Assembly (NCBI GenBank): GCA_963705505.1
Contig: CAVPJU010000006.1
Location: forward strand, 576,001-640,000
Direction: 5' to 3'
Length of the DNA stretch: 64,000 nt
Origin: an uncultured bacterium
GTDB lineage: Bacteria; Desulfobacterota_D; UBA1144; Nemesobacterales; UBA2774
Part shown: positions 19,458-31,938 of the stretch, in pieces
Numbering within the stretch: the first letter of the stretch is position 1
Layout: each line of letters starts with the position of its first letter
Notes under the pieces: generated by a model
The model's input: the letters and a program-made list of their open reading frames with translations, nothing else
Databases searched by the model: none
Told to the model about the DNA's origin: nothing
Made by a program: the position numbers and the translations under genes

Positions 19458-19934
19458 CTACGTTTTATTCTCCTCCGGAAGCCTCAGGGCTTCCAGAGCC
19501 TCCTCGACGTGCTTTTTGTAGCCTAGCTGAGAGGATATCACGCGTATTACTTTGCCTGTCCGGTCAATTACGTATGTGACCCTGCCGGGGAAGATACCCA
19601 GGGTCTTGGGGACGCCGTAGAGCTCCCTCACTTTACCCTTCTCGTCGCTCAGCAGCCTGAAAGGGAGTCTGTATTCGGAGGAGAACCGTTTATGGGATTC
19701 GGCGGAGTCAGAGCTTATTCCGAATACTTCCGCATCGCCGATCTTCCTGAATTCGTCGTAGTTGTCCCTGAACGTGCACGCTTCTTTAGTGCATACCGCC
19801 GTATTGTCCTTCGGATAGAAGAAAAGGACTACGGGTTTTCTGCCGATATAATCGCCAATGTTTACGGTATCGCCGCTTTCTGAGGGGAGACTGAAAGCGG
19901 GGGCCCTGTCTCCGGTTTTAACGGATTCCGCCAA
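19458..19934 (-). CDS. bcp: Peroxiredoxin Q / BCP
   Basis: FYPKDNTAVCTKEACTFRD (CxxxxC), GIS.DS, GRVTYVID. Confidence 0.88.
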   Translation of the reverse strand: MAESVKTGDRAPAFSLPSESGDTVNIGDYIGRKPVVLFFYPKDNTAVCTKEACTFRDNYDEFRKIGDAEVFGISSDSAESHKRFSSEYRLPFRLLSDEKGKVRELYGVPKTLGIFPGRVTYVIDRTGKVIRVISSQLGYKKHVEEALEALRLPEENKT

Positions 19935-20094
19935 TTTGATTTCTCCCTGTATCGTTCAGCATAATGATACTTAAAGAATCCGGATTCCGCCCGTGCATGG
20001 TCGGACAGGAATCTTTTCACAGGATAAACTACTCTATAATATTGGACGATAAATAAGCGTTCACCGATACCGATTTACCGGAGGCGATAGTAAA

Positions 20095-20610
20095 ATGGAC
20101 GTATTCGAGTGTGTAAAGACAGTAAGCTCGATCAGGAGCTACATTAAGAAGCCGGTGCCCGATAAAGTCGTTAGAGAGGTACTCGAGGCCGGGAGGCTCG
20201 CGCCGAGCGCCCACAACGACCAGCCGTGGCAGTTCATTTTGGTGAGGGACAAGGATAAGCTCAAGGGTCTCGAGAAATTCTGCATAAGCGGGAGGTTCGT
20301 TTCCGAGGTCGACTTCGCTGTCGTAGTGCTGACCGACCCGGCCACGAAATGGCACGAGATAGACGGGACGCGCGCGGTACAGAACATGGTGCTGACCGCC
20401 TGGAGCCATAAGCTCGGCTCGTGCTGGATCGGGAGGATCGAGAAGGAAGGGCTAATGAAATATCTGGGTATACCCGATAATCTCAACGTCCTTACGGTCC
20501 TGCCCTTCGGGTATTTTGATGAGAGACAGGCGGACCCGGTTAAATACAGGAAACCCCCGGAGCAGGTCTTTCATTTGAACGGATTCGGGAATAGATTGAG
20601 TAACTTATAG
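20095..20610 (+). CDS. Nitroreductase family protein
   Basis: SIRSY, APSAHNDQPWQF, QNMVLTA...LGSCWIG. Confidence 0.88.
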   Translation: MDVFECVKTVSSIRSYIKKPVPDKVVREVLEAGRLAPSAHNDQPWQFILVRDKDKLKGLEKFCISGRFVSEVDFAVVVLTDPATKWHEIDGTRAVQNMVLTAWSHKLGSCWIGRIEKEGLMKYLGIPDNLNVLTVLPFGYFDERQADPVKYRKPPEQVFHLNGFGNRLSNL

Positions 20611-20628
20611 ACAGGCTTGAGTTCCTTT

Positions 20629-21579
20629 TTACAGGGTGGGAATTGGCCGCATAACTGTGACTTCTCTATTCATCGCGGCTCCAATGCTCAGTAATCTGTA
20701 TTGCGGAATAAACGACCTTTCCTTATCGCCGCAGCTTTTTAATACTTTGAAAGTGTTATCGGATCTTCTCAAGTTGACCTCGAAGATCTTTTCTTCAAAA
20801 TTAGAGAAAAATTTCACCTTTATTTCTCCATCTGCTTCCTTTGCACCTTCTAAATAAAATGAGGGAATCTCCGTTACCCCCGTTTCTCTTCTTAGAAAAT
20901 ATTCGGCTGCCTGCGCGGGTGCACTGTAGCACGAGCGGCCCCTGTAGCTTCTGAGATCGATCTTTCCGTTCTTATATTTATCGATTATCTCGTCAGCTCT
21001 CTTTCCTTCCCTGACGCGTCCGTAATATAGACCGTGAGGGAGGCAGACAAATGTGGAAGCGAACCTGTGCCCGCCGATGTGGGTCGTCTGCCACGTGTCC
21101 CGGCCGTTCACGCCTGCTTCAGCCTCCAGATACACCGGCATACCGAATTTTCCGCAGCACTTATCATGCTCGCCGTTTGTGCAAATGAGATATATCGGCT
21201 CTCTCCGTTCGGATGAGCCGTCATTTGTAATCGAATCGACGTCGAGCCCGAGCAGGTCCTCGTATTTGCCGAGTGTAAATTCGTATAGTTGCGGCTTCCT
21301 CTCTTCAGAGCGCGCTATATAAAACTTTATACCGCCCTTACTCTGTTCTTGTTTCTTAACGAGCTGGAGACGCGAATTGGGGAAGGTCTCGAGATAACGG
21401 CTGATCCGCGCTTTTGCCTTTTCGGGGATTTTACTATCGCGAAATGCATCGCCCGACCAGCGCCCGTTATATTCGAGTATGAACCACATATCGACTTTTG
21501 TAGCGGTACCGTACATCTCCTCGTCTGCTTCGAGCGAATCCATGGAGCATAAAGTACCGCGCTTAATCGTGACACTCAA
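20629..21579 (-). CDS. Sucrase/ferredoxin-like (Apd1/Aim32-type) thioredoxin-fold [2Fe-2S] protein
   Basis: ICTNGEHDKCCG and HIGGHRFA motifs; YYGRV, YRGRS. Confidence 0.82.
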   Translation of the reverse strand: MSVTIKRGTLCSMDSLEADEEMYGTATKVDMWFILEYNGRWSGDAFRDSKIPEKAKARISRYLETFPNSRLQLVKKQEQSKGGIKFYIARSEERKPQLYEFTLGKYEDLLGLDVDSITNDGSSERREPIYLICTNGEHDKCCGKFGMPVYLEAEAGVNGRDTWQTTHIGGHRFASTFVCLPHGLYYGRVREGKRADEIIDKYKNGKIDLRSYRGRSCYSAPAQAAEYFLRRETGVTEIPSFYLEGAKEADGEIKVKFFSNFEEKIFEVNLRRSDNTFKVLKSCGDKERSFIPQYRLLSIGAAMNREVTVMRPIPTL

Positions 21580-21607
21580 TCCTAATTCACCTATTCCTTA
21601 AGAGTAG

Positions 21608-22762
21608 TCAGAGCCGCTCGATGATCGTGGCTGTCGCCATACCGTGGCCGATACACATTACCTGAAGACCGAACTGTCCGTCCACGCGCTCGAGCTCATA
21701 GAGGAGCTTCGTCATGAGCACGGCTCCCGTGGCCCCCAGGGGATGGCCGTGGGCTATCGCTCCGCCGTTAGGATTTACTCTCTCCATATCGGGCTTTAGC
21801 TCACCCGACCATGCGAGCACGACTGAGGCAAATGCTTCGTTGATTTCAATTACATCGATATCGGACAAACGTAGCCCGGCGCTCCGGAGGGCTTTGATTG
21901 TTGCGGGTATAACCTCTATGAGCTGGAGCGTTGGGTCTCCTCCTAAAACTACCCTTGTCCGGAACCTTGCCCGCGGTTTAAAACCGTCGGCAACGGCGGC
22001 TTCACTGTCCGCGATCAGCAGAAGCGCGGCTCCGTCGGAAATCTGGCTCGAATTGGCTGCCGTAATGACCCCCCCGCTTCTGAAGATCGGAGGAAGAGAC
22101 GACATTTTTTCGAGGTCGGGCTTAAATCTTATCCCTTCGTCGTAATCGAGAATGAGCGGGCTGCCTTCGGCATCCACACCCGTCACGGGCATGATCTGCC
22201 CCTTGAAGAATCCTGACTTCGCTGCCCGCGCGGCCTTCGAATGGCTATCGAAGCTGAATCTGTCGAGCTCCTCTCTTGCGAGGCCGTATTTGTCCGCTAT
22301 ACGCTCGGCAGACTCGCCCTGATGAATGAGCTCGTATTTCTGAGAGAGCTTTGGATTTAAGTTTTCGAGTCCGCCTTTGATGTCCGAGAACATCGGGACA
22401 CGCGTCATTGACTCGACGCCGCCTGCCAGTATATACCTCGCGTCCCCCGACGCTATCGACTGCGCCGCGAAATGGACGGCCTGCTGGCTCGACCCGCACA
22501 TACGGTTAAGCGTTACGGCGGGGACCGATGGGGGGAGGGGGGAAAGGAGCACAGCGAGCCTCCCTGTATTTGCACCCTGCTCGCCGTACTGCGTCACGCA
22601 CCCCGTAATTACATCGTCGATTTTATCTCCGCCGATGCCCGTCCTTTTAAGGAGCTCGCCTATTAACCCGGCGTATAACTCGTCCGGCCTAATGTTCCTG
22701 AGCGCTCCCCGGCTCCGTCCCACGGGCGTTCTGACCGCATCGATAATTACAGGCTCTCTCAT
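21608..22762 (-). CDS. Acetyl-CoA C-acyltransferase (thiolase)
   Basis: NRMCGSS, NEAFA, NPNGGAIAHGHPLGATG, MCIGHG. Confidence 0.93.
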   Translation of the reverse strand: MREPVIIDAVRTPVGRSRGALRNIRPDELYAGLIGELLKRTGIGGDKIDDVITGCVTQYGEQGANTGRLAVLLSPLPPSVPAVTLNRMCGSSQQAVHFAAQSIASGDARYILAGGVESMTRVPMFSDIKGGLENLNPKLSQKYELIHQGESAERIADKYGLAREELDRFSFDSHSKAARAAKSGFFKGQIMPVTGVDAEGSPLILDYDEGIRFKPDLEKMSSLPPIFRSGGVITAANSSQISDGAALLLIADSEAAVADGFKPRARFRTRVVLGGDPTLQLIEVIPATIKALRSAGLRLSDIDVIEINEAFASVVLAWSGELKPDMERVNPNGGAIAHGHPLGATGAVLMTKLLYELERVDGQFGLQVMCIGHGMATATIIERL

Positions 22763-22767
22763 GCGGG

Positions 22768-23904
22768 TCAGTCCCTGGTCAGCTCCTTTACCATTACGAC
22801 GCGCTGTATCTCGTTCGTGCCTTCATATATCTGCAGCACCTTGGCGTCCCGCATGAGCTTCTCGAGCGGATACTCTTCACTGTATCCGTAGCCTCCGTGA
22901 ATCTGGACGGCTTCAGTCGCGGCCCACATGGCGGTGTCCGAGGCGAAGGTCTTCGCATATGAAGCCTCGAGAGTGTTTTTTTCTCCCCTCGCCGCTAACC
23001 ACGCAGCTTTATAGGCGAGAAGTCTCGAGGCCTCCGTGCGCATACCCATTTCGGCTATCTTGAAGCTTACTCCCTGAAAGTTGGCGATCGGACGTCCGAA
23101 GGCCTCTCTCTCCTTGGAGTAGCTTATGCATTCGTCGAGCGAGCGCTGGGATATGCCGACGCCGAGCGCGGCGATTAGGGGGCGGGTGTGGTCAAAGGCC
23201 TTCATGGCGAGCTTGAACCCGTCGCCTTCATTTCCGAGAAGAGAATTCGGCGAAAGCTCGACATCTTTGAAGACGACCTCACACGCGTCGCTCGCCCTCT
23301 GTCCCATCTTCGCTAGCTTTTTCGATACGTCCACGCCGGGCAGGTCCCGGTCAACAATGAAGGCGCTCATCCCCTTGTGTCCGTCGCCGGGTGACGTTTT
23401 GGCAAAGACTACGAAAAAGGAAGCCTCTTTCGCGTTTGATATCCATGTTTTCTGGCCGTTGAGTATGTACTTGTCCTTGAGTTTCCTTGCGCTCGCGCGC
23501 ATGGAAGCGACGTCCGAGCCAGCGTTCGGCTCGGTAACGCAATAGGATCCGAACCCCTCTGAGAGGATGCCGAGATATTTTTTCTTCTGGTCTTCATCGC
23601 CGGCGATTAAAATGGGCTGCGCGGTCAGTGTATTGATTCCGATTCCGCCTACGGCGATTCCGGCGCATCCCCAGGCGAGTTCTTCGGTTACTAATATCAT
23701 TTCAACCGCGGAGAGCCCCGAGCCTCCGTACTCCTCGGGTATGACCACGTTTATCAATCCGAGCTCGCGCGCCTTCGCCTGGATTTTGTGGGGGAATTCG
23801 GCGGTCCGGTCGTAGTGGGCTGCCGCGGGGGCGATTTCCTTCCTGGAGAAATCCCTCGCAACTCTCCTAATCATCTTCTGTTCTTCGGTGAAGTCGAAGT
23901 CCAT
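22768..23904 (-). CDS. Acyl-CoA dehydrogenase
   Basis: TEPNAGSD, LNGQKTWISN, QIHGGYGY, RDAKVLQIYEGTNEIQR; start moved to MDFDFTEEQ. Confidence 0.93.
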   Translation of the reverse strand: MDFDFTEEQKMIRRVARDFSRKEIAPAAAHYDRTAEFPHKIQAKARELGLINVVIPEEYGGSGLSAVEMILVTEELAWGCAGIAVGGIGINTLTAQPILIAGDEDQKKKYLGILSEGFGSYCVTEPNAGSDVASMRASARKLKDKYILNGQKTWISNAKEASFFVVFAKTSPGDGHKGMSAFIVDRDLPGVDVSKKLAKMGQRASDACEVVFKDVELSPNSLLGNEGDGFKLAMKAFDHTRPLIAALGVGISQRSLDECISYSKEREAFGRPIANFQGVSFKIAEMGMRTEASRLLAYKAAWLAARGEKNTLEASYAKTFASDTAMWAATEAVQIHGGYGYSEEYPLEKLMRDAKVLQIYEGTNEIQRVVMVKELTRD

Positions 23905-23996
23905 TTGGTTTTCACTATCCGTCTTTACACCGACCGGAGTATTGATGATATTGTACAGCATGGATAGAAAGATTTTTATACCGAAGGGGAAAGAAG

Positions 23997-24962
23997 ATGG
24001 ATAAGAGAGTTATCGGAATAGACGTCGGGGGCACTAACCTGAGGGGGGCTCTGGTCGATTCGGACGGTAAAATAATAAAGCGCCTGAAAATCGCGTCCCA
24101 GGCCGAAGAGGGGATCGAAGCGGTAATAAACAATCTCGTCAGCTTGATAAGGAGCATAGGGGAGGGCGCGGATGTCTCAGGTGTCGGGTTCGGCATACCG
24201 GGGATAATCGACTTTAAAAACGGGGTAATAACCCAGGCCCCTAATATATCCAACGTGAATAATTACCCTATAAGGGAGAATCTCCGCGTAAGGCTCGGGG
24301 ACGAAATGCGGGTAATCATAGAAAACGACGCCAACTGCGCCGCTCTAGGGGAGTGGTGGATGGGTGCGGGAAAGGACGTGGGATCGATCGTTATGATAAC
24401 GCTCGGGACGGGCGTCGGCGGAGGGATAATACTCGACGGTAAATTATGGAGAGGGGCGGACGGTATGGGAGGGGAGGTCGGACACATGACGATATATCCT
24501 GACGGTGCAAGGTGCAACTGCGGAAATTTCGGATGCCTCGAAAGCTACTCTTCGGCTACGGCCATAAGGCGAATGGTAAAAGAGGCCCTCGCGGATACGA
24601 ATTCAAAAACTGTACTCAGAGAACTGGTAATAGACGAAGACCCAGGGAGGATACCCGAAGTCGTCATGAAGGCGGCTCTTGAGGGCGACGGGGCCGCGCT
24701 CGGGATATGGGAGCAGTTTGGCATTGCGCTCGGCATAGGGATGGCGAGCCTCGTGAACATTTTAAACGTCGAAATGATAGTCCTGGGAGGCGGCGTTGCG
24801 CAGGCCTGGGAATTGTTTATAGATCAGGCGAGAGCGGAGCTTAAGAAAAGGGGGTTAAGGGCGCCTGTCGAGCGGGTAAGGGTAATGAAAAGCGTCCTCG
24901 GTGACGATGAGGGGATAATAGGCGCGTCGTATCTGGCATTGAATGCGGGAAAGCCCGCATGA
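23997..24962 (+). CDS. glk: ROK-family sugar kinase (glucokinase)
   Basis: IGIDVGGT, ENDANCAALGE, GTGVGGG, GEVGH, CNCGNFGCLE. Confidence 0.85.
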   Translation: MDKRVIGIDVGGTNLRGALVDSDGKIIKRLKIASQAEEGIEAVINNLVSLIRSIGEGADVSGVGFGIPGIIDFKNGVITQAPNISNVNNYPIRENLRVRLGDEMRVIIENDANCAALGEWWMGAGKDVGSIVMITLGTGVGGGIILDGKLWRGADGMGGEVGHMTIYPDGARCNCGNFGCLESYSSATAIRRMVKEALADTNSKTVLRELVIDEDPGRIPEVVMKAALEGDGAALGIWEQFGIALGIGMASLVNILNVEMIVLGGGVAQAWELFIDQARAELKKRGLRAPVERVRVMKSVLGDDEGIIGASYLALNAGKPA

Positions 24963-24968
24963 GTTGAT

Positions 24969-26345
24969 TTAGAGGGAAGACCCCGGGATCCTAAGGCTGA
25001 ATTTAAGCGCTTTCTTTCCTTTTTTTCTTACCTTGAACCTGTCGTCGATTCTCATGCCCCCGATCCAGAATATTTCCCCTTTACACCTGAATATCGGGAT
25101 TCCATATCTCCGGAACCTCGGGACCTTACAGTCGATAAAGAAGTTTTTCACCTTTTTCGGGCTTTTCATGCCGAGCGGGAAAAACCTGTCCCCCGGTCTG
25201 AAACTCCTCACCTCGACCGGGAACACCAGAGAGTCGGCGTCGAGATAAGCCACGTCTTCTCTCTCCTCCTCCAGACTCTTAGCCGATACTTTCTCTATAT
25301 CGACGTCGAATTCGGGGAAGCTCCATTTCCCGGTCGATGGGATAGTGTACGAGAATTCGCGCTCGAGCGCTGACCTAGTCGTTACAAGGAAGGAATCATA
25401 CCCCTTGGCGATGACCGTTTCGTCGGGGAATTCTATTTCTCCCGAGGCGGTATCCGACGTTAAGAATTCGTCCGCTGAAAAGAGGTGGAGTGACGTAACA
25501 TTCTTGAGGCTCTTATTGCGCTCCTCGACGGCGAGCCTCAGGACGCTCAATCTGATCGCTTGATCGAGGCGTCTGAATTTTTTTAAATCGCCCTGCAGTT
25601 CGAGTTTACTTACGGCGAAAATTCGTCTGAAATTCTTCTTCGCCTCTCCTTCGATAAAGCTGTCTTCTATCCTCAGCAGATCGGACGTTCTCGAAAGGGT
25701 CTCTTTAATTTTGGGGTTGTAGCTCTCGAGCTCGGGCAGCAGATCGAGTCTTATCCTGTTTCTCAGTATGGTTCTCAGCTTGTTTGTGGAATCCTCGATC
25801 CACTCTACGCCCCGGGATATGAGATAGTTTTCAATTTCGGAACGCTTGGTCTCTATGAGGGGCCTTATTATAACCCCGTTTGAAACGGGGGGAATGCCGG
25901 AAAGCCCTCTCGGGCCGCTCCCCCTCATGAGCCTCATCAATACGGTTTCCGCCTGGTCGTCGAGTGTGTGAGCAGTGGCTATCTTATCGGCTTTGTATTT
26001 TTTACGTGTTTCCTCAAAGAAATCGTAACGGAGAACCCTCGCGGCCTCTTCGAGACTGAGTTTCGATTCTTTTTTATAGCGGGGAACATTTACCTTTCCG
26101 ATCTCGAATTTCAAACCCAGGGAATCCGCAGCTCGTTTTACGAATAACGAGTCCCTCTTAGCCTCTTTGCCTCTTATCCCGTGGTTCAAATGAGCGACTA
26201 TAAGCTCGGTATCGTATTCCTCTAATTCGAGAAGGGCGTGGAGGAGCCCTATTGAGTCCGCCCCCCCGGAAACGCCTATAACTATCTTCTCTCCGGGGAG
26301 GAGCATTTCGTATTTTTTAATTGTTTTTCTTAGTCTCGACAGCAT
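24969..26345 (-). CDS. tilS: tRNA(Ile)-lysidine synthase
   Basis: SGGADS PP-loop, HLNHGIR, AHTLDDQAET, RPL, EDSTN, RNRIR. Confidence 0.95.
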   Translation of the reverse strand: MLSRLRKTIKKYEMLLPGEKIVIGVSGGADSIGLLHALLELEEYDTELIVAHLNHGIRGKEAKRDSLFVKRAADSLGLKFEIGKVNVPRYKKESKLSLEEAARVLRYDFFEETRKKYKADKIATAHTLDDQAETVLMRLMRGSGPRGLSGIPPVSNGVIIRPLIETKRSEIENYLISRGVEWIEDSTNKLRTILRNRIRLDLLPELESYNPKIKETLSRTSDLLRIEDSFIEGEAKKNFRRIFAVSKLELQGDLKKFRRLDQAIRLSVLRLAVEERNKSLKNVTSLHLFSADEFLTSDTASGEIEFPDETVIAKGYDSFLVTTRSALEREFSYTIPSTGKWSFPEFDVDIEKVSAKSLEEEREDVAYLDADSLVFPVEVRSFRPGDRFFPLGMKSPKKVKNFFIDCKVPRFRRYGIPIFRCKGEIFWIGGMRIDDRFKVRKKGKKALKFSLRIPGSSL

Positions 26346-26377
26346 TTTCTACGTTATTCGTGGCGAGGCCCGCGGAC

Positions 26378-26700
26378 TTATAACTTGAACGCGTCCTCTA
26401 TTGAGATCGGAAGCTCCGTACTTTCCTCTTCCGGGAGCATGATATAGTACCCGGCTCTCGGCTTGGGCGTCGTGGGGACGAGCAGGGTGCCGAGGGGTCC
26501 TATCAGGAATATAACGACTTCGAACAGGCCTTTCGGGGGTTCCGCCGGAGGGCTTCCGATTAGTTTTGCAGGAGCGGCGCTCACGAGTCCTATAATCCGT
26601 TTGGCGAGCTTGAATAATATAAGAAGCGTAAGTCCGAACGTACTGAAACCAGTATTCCGGCGAGTATGTTCCGCTTGAAGAAACTATAGATATGCCTCAT
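26378..26700 (-). pseudogene. DUF502-family membrane protein remnant (frameshifted, internally deleted)
   Basis: ATG 26700 gives MRHIYSFFKRNILAGILVSV; frame change to FGLTLLILFKL...; abrupt join to VPTTPKPRAGYYIMLPEEESTELPISIEDAFKL, which resembles the DUF502 C-terminal PTTPNPTSG motif. Confidence 0.6.
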
Positions 26701-26703
26701 TGA

Positions 26704-26988
26704 TCAAGCTGGTTGCTTGTCGATGGCGTCGCGGAGAAACCTGCTGGGCTTAAATACAACGGCACGTCTCTCTGCTATCTCAATCGTTTCGCCCGTGGCG
26801 GGGTTTCTTCCCTTTCTCGCCTTCCTCTTCTGAACCCGGAAGCTCCCGAACCTGGGAAGTTTTATACCCTCTCCCCTGCTCAGTTTTTCCTTGGCCACCT
26901 CAAAGAAGAATTCTACGATTTCTGCAGACTCCCTTTTGGAGAGTCCGATTTTGGTGTGGATCACATCCGCCAATTCTTTTTTCGTCAT
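26704..26988 (-). CDS. ihfA: Integration host factor alpha subunit
   Basis: MTKKELAD, FGSF, RKGRNPATGE, VVFKPS; classic position after pheT. Confidence 0.85.
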   Translation of the reverse strand: MTKKELADVIHTKIGLSKRESAEIVEFFFEVAKEKLSRGEGIKLPRFGSFRVQKRKARKGRNPATGETIEIAERRAVVFKPSRFLRDAIDKQPA

Positions 26989-27009
26989 GACGCTAACCTC
27001 CCCTTTTTA

Positions 27010-29421
27010 TTATATTGTACGTAATTCGGCTCCGAGAGCCAATTGAAGATTTTTAATAGTCTTATCCTGAACTTTGTTTATTTCTTCTTCTGTCAGAGTC
27101 TTGTCCGATGCCCGCAGTTGTAATGAAACCGCCACGCTCTTCTTCCCCTTTTCGACCGGGCTTCCCGTAAATACGTCGAATACCTCCGCATCCTCGATCA
27201 ATTTCGAAGCGGTCCTGCCTATCTCTTCGAGGATGCTGCTCACGGGGGTTTCCTCGTCAACGATCAAAGCAATGTCTCGTCTTACGGATGGGAATCTGGG
27301 GAGTGGGCTGAACGCCTTCTTCGATTCACCGTATTTCCCGGTTATCTTGTCTAAATCCATCTCCATAACATACAATCTTTTTGAAATGTCGAGCTTGTCC
27401 CTGAGCTCCGGGTGTAGCTCGCCTATAAAACCGCAATCGTCATTTCCGATCGTAATCACGGCTGATTTGCCGGGGTGGAGAAATCCGATTTCCGATGCTC
27501 GGCTGAATTTGACGCTTCCCGAAATCGATAAAGCGTCGAATCCTTTCTCAAGCAGGCTTTTGAAATCAAAGAAATCGAACTCCTCCTTGTCCCAGAGTTC
27601 CGGCTGCCTTCTTCCGGTTGCAGCCGCAGCAAGTTTCGTTATCTCGACGGGAAGTTTCCCCTTCCCGGCCGGTATGAATATTTTTCCGATCTCGAACAAT
27701 CTGACGTCCTGTTCCTGCCTGTTCAGATTTAGTGCGGTATTTCTAAGAAGACCCGGCAGGAGGCTCGTCCTCATTACCGAGCCCTCGCTCGAAAGCGGGT
27801 TCAGTATCCCGAGCGCCTCGGTTTTTCCGAAGAGTGTTAAAAGCTCGTAGTCTTCGAAGCTGTAGTTTATCGCTTCGTGGAATCCGCCCGAGATGAATAT
27901 TTCTTTCAGTCTTGCCCGAACCCGTTTTTCGGGATCGATCCCCTCCGATTTCATTATTGCGGCGGGCAGGGAACTCGGAATCCCGCTGTACCCGTATAGC
28001 CTTGCGAATTCTTCGATTAAATCGATCTCCCTCGTGAGGTCGACCCTGTATGTGGGGATACGGAATACGAGATCTCCGTTTGAGGATTGCGCGTTCTCCA
28101 GGCCGAGTCCTTCGGCTATTCGCATTACCTCTCCGGGATCGATGCTTGTCCCGAGGAGCGAGTTGACGCGCTTGATTGATAGTCCGACGAGAGAGGGCTC
28201 GATTTTTACCGGATACGCGTCTATCCTGCCTTTTGCGATCTGTCCGCCCGATAATTCCCTCATCAGCTCTGCGGCCCTGTCGAGCGCTTTTGTAATGCCG
28301 TTCGGGTCGACGCCCCTTTCGAACCTGTACGAGGATTCGGACTTGAGCCCTGTTTTTCTGGATGTTTTCCTTATCGCTGCGGGGTCGAAGTACGCGCTCT
28401 CGAGCAGGATGTTTTTCGTGCCGTCGGATACCTCCGTGTTCTCTCCGCCCATAACGCCCGCGAGAGCAACGGGTCTTTTGCCGTCACAAATGAGCAGGTC
28501 CTCCGGTGTGAGCTTCCTCTCGACGCCGTCTAGCGTCTTTATGACCTCACCATCGCCCGCGGCTCTGACTACGATTTTTCTTCCTTCCAGAAGATCGTAG
28601 TCGAACGCATGGAGCGGCTGGCCGAGCTCTAAAAGGACATAGTTGGTCACGTCGACGATATTGTTTATCGACCTTACTCCCGAAGACTCGAGCCTTGACT
28701 TGAGCCACACAGGAGAGGGTCCGATGTTTACGTTCTTTATCACACGGCAGGAATACCTGGGGCATTTTTCGGGGTCCAGAAGCTCGACCTTTGCAAGCTC
28801 ACGAATATCCTCGCCTCCTTCTTTGACTGACAGGTCGGGATAATTTAATTTCGTCCCGAGAATTGCGGACACTTCCCTCGCGACGCCTACAACACTCAGG
28901 CAGTCAGGGCGGTTTGGTGTGATATTGATCTCGAAAATTACATCGTTTAATCCTATCTCGTCTATGAGCCTGGAGCCTGCTGTCGCCGAGGGGGAAAGAA
29001 TCATTATTCCTTCTCCCTCGCCGCCGATCCCAAGCTCGTTTTCGGCGCAAAGCATCCCTTCTGAAACCTCTCCCCTTATCTTGGCCTTTTTAATCGTCAT
29101 GCCTTCCGGGAACTTCGGACCGGGCGGAAGGTTTGTTCCGATCTTGGCGAGCGCAACCTTGTCTCCGGCCTTCATGTTGTTGGCCCCGCATACTATGCTG
29201 TAATTCTTTTCTCCGTCCGAAACGTCGCAGAGGGAGAGCTTTTCGGCATCGGGGTGAGGTCTGATACCCAGAATTTGAGCGACAACCACATTTTCGAGAC
29301 CCTTCCCGCGGTACTCGACAGACTCCACCTCGAGTCCTGCCATCGTGAGCCTGTCCGCGAGCTCTTCGGGCGTGATTCCGAAGTCGACGTATTCCCTTAA
29401 CCAGTTAACCGTGATTATCAT
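27010..29421 (-). CDS. pheT: Phenylalanine--tRNA ligase beta subunit
   Basis: HPDAEKL, IVCGA, TPNRPDCLS, GQPLHAFD, RFERGVD, DLIEE, HPGKSA, FPSVRRDIA. Confidence 0.97.
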   Translation of the reverse strand: MIITVNWLREYVDFGITPEELADRLTMAGLEVESVEYRGKGLENVVVAQILGIRPHPDAEKLSLCDVSDGEKNYSIVCGANNMKAGDKVALAKIGTNLPPGPKFPEGMTIKKAKIRGEVSEGMLCAENELGIGGEGEGIMILSPSATAGSRLIDEIGLNDVIFEINITPNRPDCLSVVGVAREVSAILGTKLNYPDLSVKEGGEDIRELAKVELLDPEKCPRYSCRVIKNVNIGPSPVWLKSRLESSGVRSINNIVDVTNYVLLELGQPLHAFDYDLLEGRKIVVRAAGDGEVIKTLDGVERKLTPEDLLICDGKRPVALAGVMGGENTEVSDGTKNILLESAYFDPAAIRKTSRKTGLKSESSYRFERGVDPNGITKALDRAAELMRELSGGQIAKGRIDAYPVKIEPSLVGLSIKRVNSLLGTSIDPGEVMRIAEGLGLENAQSSNGDLVFRIPTYRVDLTREIDLIEEFARLYGYSGIPSSLPAAIMKSEGIDPEKRVRARLKEIFISGGFHEAINYSFEDYELLTLFGKTEALGILNPLSSEGSVMRTSLLPGLLRNTALNLNRQEQDVRLFEIGKIFIPAGKGKLPVEITKLAAAATGRRQPELWDKEEFDFFDFKSLLEKGFDALSISGSVKFSRASEIGFLHPGKSAVITIGNDDCGFIGELHPELRDKLDISKRLYVMEMDLDKITGKYGESKKAFSPLPRFPSVRRDIALIVDEETPVSSILEEIGRTASKLIEDAEVFDVFTGSPVEKGKKSVAVSLQLRASDKTLTEEEINKVQDKTIKNLQLALGAELRTI

Positions 29422-29503
29422 TTGTATGACCCACCAAAATTTAATGATTACATATTCTTATAGTCGGGTCAATACTCTATGTGTTTCTCAGATGCAACTG
29501 AAA

Positions 29504-31771
<2,268 letters not shown>

Positions 31772-31815
31772 TTAATATTTGAAAAACCCCACTTATACAT
31801 TAAACGAAATTCTCC

Positions 31816-31863
31816 ATAGTTGTCCAATATTGATATTCTATATATCCTATAGTTAATGCCTAT
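31816..31863. promoter_or_regulatory. OxyR binding site
   Basis: ATAG-N7-ATAT-N7-CTAT-N7-ATAG-N7-CTAT between divergent katG and oxyR; the last four tetramers match ATAG-N7-CTAT-N7-ATAG-N7-CTAT at 15/16. Confidence 0.8.
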
Positions 31864-31938
31864 GGTTTGGGTTTGGTTTATCGTTAAATTGGTCAGTGGT
31901 TGGTCAGGTTTTGGACCTCTTTAGGCAAGGATAGATAA

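Noticed and set aside
27074..28600. Two long plus-strand ORFs (258 and 235 aa)
   Set aside because: Antisense shadows of pheT
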